Shown here: positions 25,139-32,000 of the stretch, one piece after another
How positions within the stretch are numbered: the stretch's first letter is position 1
How the letters are laid out: each line of letters opens with the position of its first letter
Source of the DNA: Nostoc punctiforme PCC 73102
GTDB lineage: Bacteria > Cyanobacteriota > Cyanobacteriia > Cyanobacteriales > Nostocaceae
Reading direction: 5' to 3'
Length of the DNA: 32,000 nucleotides
Assembly (NCBI RefSeq): GCF_000020025.1
Contig: NC_010628.1
Span: 5,520,001-5,552,000, forward strand
Notes under the pieces: generated by a model
What the model was told of the DNA's origin: nothing
What the model saw: only the letters and a program-made list of their open reading frames with translations
The model's database searches: none
Program-made: the position numbers and the translations under genes

Positions 25139-26113
25139 TGGACAAAAGTAGACGTAACAGGTAGCATTTTACATCTGTGGTTCTTAGGCGCAATCTTGAC
25201 AAACCTTTTAGAACTATACGTCAAGCTGGGAGGATTAGTCCTGGTAGGTTTTGTTCTGGGACGCAAACTACCTGTAACAGTTCCTACACGTTTGGGACAG
25301 TTTATTTTTTGGGTGGGAGTACCCATAAGCATAGTATCGTTTTTGCGTCAATCTAGCTTGTCGGGACAAATTTGGATTGCACCTGCTACCGCTTACCTCG
25401 CCATTTTACTAGGAGCATTTTTAGCTTGGTTAGGAATTAAAGCGCAAGCCTATTTTAGAAATACTGTCTCCGAACCACCAACTCAAGCTAGCTTGATATT
25501 AGCAGCAATGTTGGGTAACACAGGTTATCTTGGTTTTCCCATTACCTTAGCAATGGTAGGCAAGGAATACTTTGCTTGGGCGCTATTTTACGATTTGTTA
25601 GGTTCATTCCCAGGAACTTACGGTTTGGGTGTATTACTAGCAGCGCGTTTTGGCGGTGGTGTCCAGAATCATTGGCAGATTGCCAAGTCTATCTTAATTA
25701 ATCCTGCGCTGTGGGGTTTCGGATTTGGCTTGCTGTTTCGGCAGGTGACAATTCCCACAGTTACGGAATTCTGGTTAGAAAAATTTGCTTGGAGTAGTGT
25801 AGCTTTATCCCTGGTATTAATTGGAATGCGACTGGCGCTGCTCAAATCTTGGCGTAGCCTACCACAAGTAGGGATGAGCTTGGGAATCAAAATGCTGCTA
25901 GTTCCCTTGATATTGGGCAATATTCTACCAGTATTTGGAATAACTGGAGCGATCGCAAAAGTAATTATCTTACAAATGGCCATGCCTCCAGCTTTTGCCA
26001 CACTCGTAATCGCTGAGGCATTCAATCTCGATCGCGATCTGGCAGTTACAGCCCTAGCTGCTGGGGCTATAGTATTGTTGGTTACTCTCCCCGTTTGGCT
26101 GTGGCTATTTTGA
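25133..26113 (+). CDS. AEC (auxin efflux carrier) family transporter
   Basis: The ORF is hydrophobic throughout (about 10 TM) and has an MLGNTGYLGFPI motif. The ATG at 25133 overlaps the divergent VanY start, so the true start is probably downstream (e.g. TTG 25196, giving TNLLELYVKLGG). Confidence 0.8.
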   Translation: MHWTKVDVTGSILHLWFLGAILTNLLELYVKLGGLVLVGFVLGRKLPVTVPTRLGQFIFWVGVPISIVSFLRQSSLSGQIWIAPATAYLAILLGAFLAWLGIKAQAYFRNTVSEPPTQASLILAAMLGNTGYLGFPITLAMVGKEYFAWALFYDLLGSFPGTYGLGVLLAARFGGGVQNHWQIAKSILINPALWGFGFGLLFRQVTIPTVTEFWLEKFAWSSVALSLVLIGMRLALLKSWRSLPQVGMSLGIKMLLVPLILGNILPVFGITGAIAKVIILQMAMPPAFATLVIAEAFNLDRDLAVTALAAGAIVLLVTLPVWLWLF

Positions 26114-26144
26114 TTTTGGATTTATGCACTGTGACACATATCAG

Positions 26145-26798
26145 TTAAATTTCTACTGGATGTTGCCCATAATATGGCAAAGCCTCTGACCAATTAGGGT
26201 ACTTACCTTCTTGCCAATCAAGATTAGCTAGTTCCAAAATACTTGTTACCGTTGCTGCTAACCCAGATTTTGCTTGAATTAGCTGATAATTAGTGTTCCA
26301 ATTTCCTAAAGTTTCCTGCCATGCTTCTGGTGTGAATACTCTATCTGGTAAACACACTTTTAGTTTAGAAACATCTGGCTCAAACTGATAGATAGCAGCA
26401 AAGATTTGACCTCGTTGGGCTGGCATTTCTACAGCAATAGTTTTTAGATTTAGACTTTTGCCTACTTCTGCCCAAGCCACCGCAGCTAAAGTTGAAATTG
26501 CAAATATAGGGATATCTAATTGTTGACCTAAAGTTCGAGCAGCGACAACACCAATGCGAGTTCCTGTAAAGCCACCAGGACCTTTTGCAACTGCGATGAA
26601 AGACAAATCCGCCCAAGTTTGCGGTTTGATAAAGTCAATTAAATATTGATGGATTAAGCTAGATAAATCACGCCCCAAATTCCAAACTTGAGAGCGATTT
26701 TCACCAGAAAAATTACTAATTGCCAATCCTAATTCGGGAGTGGTGGTGTGTAGTGATAAAGCGTATTTCGTTGTGAAGTGTTTTAGTTCTGTAGTCAA
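26145..26798 (-). CDS. tsaB: tRNA N6-threonylcarbamoyladenosine biosynthesis protein TsaB (YeaZ)
   Basis: 217-aa ORF with LSLHTTTPELGLAI and IAVAKGPGGFTGTRIGVVAARTLGQQLDIPIF. Confidence 0.8.
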   Translation of the reverse strand: MTTELKHFTTKYALSLHTTTPELGLAISNFSGENRSQVWNLGRDLSSLIHQYLIDFIKPQTWADLSFIAVAKGPGGFTGTRIGVVAARTLGQQLDIPIFAISTLAAVAWAEVGKSLNLKTIAVEMPAQRGQIFAAIYQFEPDVSKLKVCLPDRVFTPEAWQETLGNWNTNYQLIQAKSGLAATVTSILELANLDWQEGKYPNWSEALPYYGQHPVEI

Positions 26799-27220
26799 AG
26801 TTAATTAAAATATTGATTTTTCTATAGTTAACTTGATGTATCTATTCAAGCACATCATAGTTATGAATTTTCATTTTGTTTTTATCCCCATGAGGGGAAG
26901 TAATTGAAAAACTCTACCCTTTTATAAGCCTTACTATGGCAGTTTTTGAAGGGTTAATTTTAGCAGGTATCTAATTTATCTGTCATTCAGCTTAAATTAT
27001 TGACAATAGGATAAGGGACTACCGTCCTCAAATTGCTTACAACGCAGGCATTTCGCGGGGTTGAACGAAAGAAAAAGGGTTTTAGCGATCGCTATACCCC
27101 ACGAACAACCTACGTGTGTAAAACCAACTAAGTACTTTTACTCCCACTAGGAAACTTGGGATGGAATTGTCAAGATTTTGTTATTAATGGGCTGAGGCAT
27201 CATATACTACTTTTGACTTC

Positions 27221-27469
27221 TCAAGTCGGCACTAATTCACCAGGACGCAATTTCGACCACTTACCCGTTTCCCGTTTAAAGCTGAGACAACCAACAACAT
27301 CCCATTCCATCTCAATTAGATCATCTTTTGTCCGAATATTGACATTGATAGAAGGTTCATTCGGATCAAAACTGGGTGTTTCAGTCAAGTGAGGCTGTTG
27401 GTGCTGCCCTTCTACGGCATGATAGGTAACACAGCTGTCTACATAGTGGCAGTTCACACAAATACACAT
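27221..27469 (-). CDS. ycf34: Ycf34 (small Fe-S protein conserved in cyanobacteria and plastids)
   Basis: 82-aa ORF starting MCICVNCHYVDSCVTYHAVE, with the conserved Cys pattern. Confidence 0.85.
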   Translation of the reverse strand: MCICVNCHYVDSCVTYHAVEGQHQQPHLTETPSFDPNEPSINVNIRTKDDLIEMEWDVVGCLSFKRETGKWSKLRPGELVPT

Positions 27470-27540
27470 AATAGAACCAACTCCAGGGGCCTTTATTGTT
27501 AATCTAACTTAAGCCCAACCGTTATTCATGAGTTGCTGGG

Positions 27541-28878
27541 TTGATTTTTATTACAATGCATGAATCAATTCCTTCTACCCTAGCTCCCGAAAATTGGCCT
27601 TTTAGTTTAGAATTCTTGCCACAATCAGCTTACATGGTAGGTGGCGCTGTGCGAGATGCGCTACTTGGTAGAACTCGTGAATATCTGGATCTAGATTTTG
27701 TCATCCCATCTAAAGCGGTAAAGGTAGCAAGAGCGATCGCTCATCATTACAAAGCTGGTTTTGTATTACTCGATGCAGAACGACAAATTGCTCGTGTGGT
27801 TTTTCCCCACGCCACAGCCGACTTTGCCCAACAGGAAGGAGATAGTTTAGAGGTTGATTTGCACAGACGAGACTTTACAGTAAATGCGATCGCCTATAAT
27901 CCCCATACACAAGAAATTATCGATCCTCTACAAGGCTATGTAGACTTACAACAGGGCATTTTGCGAATGATATCACCCGCAAACTTAGAAGATGATCCTT
28001 TGCGCTTAATGCGAGGTTATCGCCAAGCCGCCCAATTAGGTTTTACTATTGAGCCAGGTACCCGAACCGCAATTTGTTCTTTAGCATCACATCTGAGCAA
28101 AGTTGCAGCCGAACGAGTTCGGGTAGAAATTGGCTATCTACTGGCAAATTCTCAAGGTACTCCTTGGATCTCAAGTGCTTGGGAAGATGGTTTACTTGCC
28201 CCTCTCTTCAAAAATGCTACTCGTGAAAGCTTGAACAAACTAGCCGCAGTTGATAATGCAGCCGCCTTAATCACAGAAAATTGGCAACAATTAGGGGCAA
28301 AACTACAAGAATATGTCCGCGATAGTATCAAAACTACTTGGTTAGGTATTGCCAAACTTGCTTGTCTTGTCAATCCCAATCCAGAATTAGCAGAAATAGA
28401 GCTACAACAACTAACTTATAGTCGTGCCGAAATTCGGGGTGTAACCACTGCTTTGAAATTGTTACCGCAGTTTAAAGTAGTCGATATGTCTTTGCGAGAA
28501 CAATATCTTTTATTCCGTGACGCAGATATTGTGTTTCCCACTGCGGCAGTATTGGCTATGGCACTTGATAATTTGGTAGAGGCGATGTCTGGTGACAAGC
28601 CACAACACACAGCAGTCGCTACAAGTTTGGAAACCAAAGCAAGGGACTGCCCTGTCTTGACACTTTTAATCAACCGCTACCTTAACCCTGACGATCTGGT
28701 TGCTCATCCCTCTCTACTAGTGAGCGGGAAGGAGTTGCTCGTAGCATTAGATATACCAGCTTCACCAATCATTGGACAACTTTTGACAGAAATTGCCGTA
28801 GCACAAGCTGAGGGAAAAGTCTCAACGCCAACAGAAGCGATCGCTTATGCACGTCAATTACAAGAAAAGCTAAATTGA
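27541..28878 (+). CDS. cca: CCA-adding tRNA nucleotidyltransferase (poly(A) polymerase head-domain family)
   Basis: GGAVRDALLG...DLDF, RRDFTVNAIAY and EDDPLRLMRGYRQAAQLGF. The start is TTG 27541 or ATG 27556. Confidence 0.8.
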   Translation: MIFITMHESIPSTLAPENWPFSLEFLPQSAYMVGGAVRDALLGRTREYLDLDFVIPSKAVKVARAIAHHYKAGFVLLDAERQIARVVFPHATADFAQQEGDSLEVDLHRRDFTVNAIAYNPHTQEIIDPLQGYVDLQQGILRMISPANLEDDPLRLMRGYRQAAQLGFTIEPGTRTAICSLASHLSKVAAERVRVEIGYLLANSQGTPWISSAWEDGLLAPLFKNATRESLNKLAAVDNAAALITENWQQLGAKLQEYVRDSIKTTWLGIAKLACLVNPNPELAEIELQQLTYSRAEIRGVTTALKLLPQFKVVDMSLREQYLLFRDADIVFPTAAVLAMALDNLVEAMSGDKPQHTAVATSLETKARDCPVLTLLINRYLNPDDLVAHPSLLVSGKELLVALDIPASPIIGQLLTEIAVAQAEGKVSTPTEAIAYARQLQEKLN

Positions 28879-29173
28879 GGGAATTAGGTGTAGTACTAGC
28901 CAGAAAATCGCGATCGTTTAATCAATATTGTCAGTATACGTATCATCTATGCTACTATTTGCTTGCTATTATCATGTTGTGTTTTTCTTGCAATTTAGCA
29001 TAGATGGATAACCTAATGGATTATACACCAGTCTATTTATTTCATGGCCTAGTTAGTCGGCAGAATGTGCCCTCGTATATTTACTTAACCACCTACCAGA
29101 AAAAAATACCTCTCGGTTTTCCTAATCAGCGGAGTCTTTATGTGTAGCCTTTTTTGGATAGGACTAACTGTTA

Positions 29174-29575
29174 ATGAATGGAAAGCCTTTAATTTTGATT
29201 GTAGAACACAATCTACATGATTTAGAGCTACTTAATTCTCATCTAGGAATATTAAATTTTTCATGCATTTGTACCAAGCAAGGGGTGAGGGCTGTGATGT
29301 TAGCACAAACTCATCAACCAGATTTAATCCTGCTAGATACGATGCTATCTAATTCGAGTGCTAACCAAGTCATTGATGACCTCAAACACAATTCAAAAAC
29401 TGCTACTATCCCAATTATTGCAGTAACACCTCTAACAGAGGTACAAGATGATGAATCCACTAAGCTTGCAGGATTTGATGATTCTATTACTAAACCCTAT
29501 GATTTTAATCAATTAGAAGTGGTAATCAGTCGGCATATTCAGTTTCAAAACTTAAGTATTCAATATTACAAGTAA
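29174..29575 (+). CDS. Single-domain receiver protein with atypical acidic pocket
   Basis: 133-aa ORF. LILIVEHN replaces the usual DD pair. The phospho-Asp context DLILLD, the Thr in IIAVT and the Lys in ITKP are retained. Confidence 0.7.
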   Translation: MNGKPLILIVEHNLHDLELLNSHLGILNFSCICTKQGVRAVMLAQTHQPDLILLDTMLSNSSANQVIDDLKHNSKTATIPIIAVTPLTEVQDDESTKLAGFDDSITKPYDFNQLEVVISRHIQFQNLSIQYYK

Positions 29576-29789
29576 GTGAGCGTAAATAATTGTCGTTATA
29601 GGCAATAGTCAATAGGGTTTTAGCCTAGTTCATTTTTATTTACATAGTTTGATTTTATTATGTCAACTTACTTAGTAGATGTTCAGGAAATAGACTGAGA
29701 GACTTTTCTGTAGTTTTACAATATATTTATTACGGATTTGTTTAAAATAATTATCTAATTTGAGGAATGTAAAAGTTGTTAATCAATGA

Positions 29790-30227
29790 TTAATGAAGTC
29801 TCCCATGAATTACTGCATTGATGGTAATTTGTTGATGGGTAATCAGCTTATTTTGTGTCCAATAAGTGTAAGCATAGTTTGCATTTCCCAAACCAAGAAT
29901 AATATAGCTATATTCATCCAAATTATCATTTATTAAAGATGTATAGAATATCACATTATAATATTGCCCACAAAATCGCTTGATATTTTAATAGTGCAGC
30001 AAATAAGCAGATAGTTACATATATCTCAACCAAACAGAAAGACTTCATCAACGGCTTGTTAGAATAACCGATCACAGCCAGATCGCTGAGAATATCCACA
30101 GTCAAAACACCTTCAAAGGCGATCGCGTCAATAACTCTATAAACATACTCCTAGTTTGTTCAAATAAAGTACGACGCAACTGTGCTTCTGCAATCCCAAA
30201 GCGCTTGCTAATTTCTGATAAATCCCA
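29790..30227 (-). pseudogene. Possible frameshifted gene remnant (HTH-like fragment plus two further open segments)
   Basis: Three consecutive open segments lie in three frames on the minus strand. They are 30227..30102 (WDLSEISKRFGIAEAQLRRTLFEQ...), 30150..29956 (YRVIDAIAFEGVLTVDILSDLAVIGYSNKPLMKSF...) and about 29985..29790 (...DEYSYIILGLGNANYAYTYWTQNKLITHQQ...). None has a proper start codon. Confidence 0.3.
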
Positions 30228-30492
30228 AATTAGCCATAGTCATTATTTCTTTAGGGATGCTTTCTCAACTATTAGTCACTAGGAATGCGTCAACTACCTC
30301 TAGCGAGTTTTTATTTTTATGACCCTGAATATCGAGTGTAATATTAGTCATCTTGCTGAATACAATAAAGCACACAGGAAATTCATAAATAGCAATTAAT
30401 CAGCGTGAATTTAAAGATGACTTTAAAAATGGCTCAGTAGATATATTTTGTGAGAAAGTTAATACAAAGGTATATTCACTGATTTCAAATTC

Positions 30493-30975
30493 ATGGATTC
30501 TTTATCTATCAATTCCTTACTTGAAGAGTTGAAAAACCCCGATGCTACAGTCCGGGACAAAGCAACCAGAAAAATTTGGCGGATCTGGTTTCAGCAAAAG
30601 GGAATCTATGGGCTGGAAATAATTGACCGTAGTCAAAAGTTACTAGATGCGGGTGAAATTGCTGAAGCTGAAACAGCGCTAACGGCACTAATTAAAGACC
30701 AGCCAGATTTTGCCGAAGCCTGGAATCGTCGTGCTTTCCTCTATTACAGTATTGGTGATTATCAAAAATCTCTGGCAGATTGTCAGATGGTTGTACAAAT
30801 AAATCCGATACATTTTGGGGCACTTCACGGGATGGGGTTGTGTTATGCAGCACTAGGAGAATATGGTGAAGCGATCCGAGCTTTTAAACGTGCTTTAGAA
30901 ATTCAGCCCTATTCACTAGTGAATCAAAAGTTGATTCTAGAATGTACATTTAGATTCAGCTATGACGGCAGATAG
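30493..30975 (+). CDS. TPR-repeat protein
   Basis: 160-aa ORF with three TPR-like units (AEAWNRRAFLYYSIGDYQKSLADCQMVVQINP; FGALHGMGLCYAALGEYGEAIRAFKRALEIQP). Confidence 0.8.
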   Translation: MDSLSINSLLEELKNPDATVRDKATRKIWRIWFQQKGIYGLEIIDRSQKLLDAGEIAEAETALTALIKDQPDFAEAWNRRAFLYYSIGDYQKSLADCQMVVQINPIHFGALHGMGLCYAALGEYGEAIRAFKRALEIQPYSLVNQKLILECTFRFSYDGR

Positions 30976-30996
30976 GAGAGAGCATCATACTATTTT

Positions 30997-31467
30997 ATGA
31001 ATCTGTCATTACCCTCATCAACAGCAATTCATCGCCTTAGTCACTGCAATTTTATTCAATACGCTTCTATCTGGATTGGTAGCAGCGTTATTGCTGCTTG
31101 TACTAACAGCAACTAACCATCAACTAGCAATTCTCAATTGGATAAACTTACGTTTGGTAAAGACTGGATAGCACAAGCAGAACACGGCGAATTTTACCAG
31201 GTGATAGCTACTGGTATCTAGAAAGACTACGGTTTAGATGTCAATATCAAAATGAGTAACTTTCAGCTTTCCAGCGCTACTCAATTATAGATGGGGGGTA
31301 CGGTAGATTTCTTTATGGCATTGATGCCGTGAACGCAATAGCACAAAGTATTCCCAAAATTACAGTCGCAGCAATTTTCCAGAAAAACCTCTGGTGTCTT
31401 ATTACACATCCCAACCCAGCAATTAAAATCCTTGCCTACTTCAAAGGCAAACCAATTTATATTAAAT
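30997..31467 (+). pseudogene. Disrupted and truncated ABC-transporter substrate-binding protein gene (NMT1/THI5-like, NitT/TauT type)
   Basis: The reading frame from ATG 30997 hits in-frame stops at 31114 (taa), 31219 (tag) and 31288 (tag), then needs a +1 shift near 31320. The fragments read KLTFGKDWIAQAEHGEFYQVIATGI*KDYGLDVNIK...QL*MGGTVDFFMA / DAVNAIAQSIPKITVAAIFQKNLWCLITHPNPAIKILAYFGKPIYIK-type sequence and stop after about 155 codons, against about 330 in intact family members. Confidence 0.65.
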
Positions 31468-31577
31468 AAGTGGCATGAAAGTGCTGTAAAAAATGAGAAT
31501 TAAAATTTAAAAACACAGAGGAGTTAATTCTCTGCAAACCCGTGCGTCCCTATGCGTCAAAAAAAAGGATATCAACT

Positions 31578-32000
31578 ATGACGATAAAATTGGATGCCCT
31601 GATTAATTCTTTAGAAGGTATAGAAACGATTACTGATTCAGCCCAAGTAGCAAAATTATCCCAGGATTATCACAACTTTAGCCCAGTACTTGTACCGAAA
31701 CTAGAGGGGAAAGTTGGGGATATTGTAGTGCGTCCCGCCAATGAAGCAGAGGTTTTAAAAGTTGCAGCCGCCTGTGCAAAACATCGTATACCCGTGACAG
31801 TGAGGGGCGCGGGAACAGGAAATTATGGGCAATGCGTACCCTTACATGGCGGTGTAATTTTAGATATGACGCGGATGCAAGGGATTCCTTGGGTAAAACC
31901 GGGGGTGGCGCGGGTAGAAGCTGGCGTGAAGTTAGCGGCTTTGGATAAAAAAGCCAGAGAGATTGGCTGGGAAATTCGGATGGCACCCTCGACTTACCGC
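31578..32000 (+). CDS. FAD-binding oxidoreductase (FAD_binding_4 / GlcD-like), 5' part only; continues past window end
   Basis: My own translation from ATG 31578 is open to the window end (141 codons). It reads MTIKLDALINSLEG...GDIVVRPANEAEVLKVAAACAKHRIPVTVRGAGTGNYGQCVPLHGGVILDMTRM. Confidence 0.7.
   Translation, partial: MTIKLDALINSLEGIETITDSAQVAKLSQDYHNFSPVLVPKLEGKVGDIVVRPANEAEVLKVAAACAKHRIPVTVRGAGTGNYGQCVPLHGGVILDMTRMQGIPWVKPGVARVEAGVKLAALDKKAREIGWEIRMAPSTYR

Noticed and set aside
29004-29147. 47-codon plus-strand ORF upstream of the atypical receiver gene, next to an 11-bp inverted repeat (catctatgcta / tagcatagatg)
   Set aside because: It has no motifs, an AT-rich context and no start signals. 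The inverted repeat has a loop of about 40 nt and could be fortuitous.
31678-31986. 102-aa minus-strand ORF at the window end
   Set aside because: It is antisense to an open frame from ATG 31578 that carries a clear FAD-binding domain signature (RGAGTGNYG), so the plus-strand reading is preferred.
1-32000. Search for rRNA, tRNA, CRISPR arrays, transposase or integrase genes and prophage content
   Set aside because: I saw no regularly spaced direct repeats with unique spacers and no tRNA-like T-arm or acceptor patterns in intergenic regions. No ORF carries transposase, integrase or phage structural motifs. This was a visual scan only; tRNAscan-SE, Infernal or a CRISPR finder should confirm it.

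Overview
This 32-kb chromosomal segment reads as a filamentous, Nostocales-type cyanobacterium. The basis is frequent HIP1 palindromes (GCGATCGC) in and between genes, 7-nt STRR tracts, Nostoc-type small dispersed repeats, the gtagagacgcgat..atcgcgtctctac hairpin repeat, and the cyanobacterial/plastid-lineage genes raf1 and ycf34. I support 29 protein-coding calls: 27 solid to moderate (one partial at the 3' edge) and two tentative micro-ORFs. I also call one clear pseudogene, one possible frameshifted gene remnant, one MITE-like element, several repeat blocks and hairpin terminators. Content is mostly housekeeping: Raf1, a UvrD-type helicase, a class-V aminotransferase, MlaE, PotA, TsaB, Ycf34, CCA-adding enzyme, an AEC transporter and three orphan receiver-domain proteins. 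I saw no rRNA, tRNA, CRISPR array, transposase or integrase, phage genes or canonical defence system. Five things merit a second look. (i) Tandemly duplicated PBP2 transpeptidases sit inside a four-gene peptidoglycan cluster. (ii) Tiny GC-rich, mobile-looking repeats occur, two read in frame inside CDSs and two flanked by ATTACG direct repeats. (iii) An AT-rich, monocistronic AAA+ ATPase with an unassignable N-domain lies divergent from the helicase. (iv) A string of uncharacterised envelope genes spans 10.9-15.9 kb. (v) A decayed region spans 29.6-31.5 kb. I could not identify a convincing novel multi-gene system; the candidates are explicitly inference.
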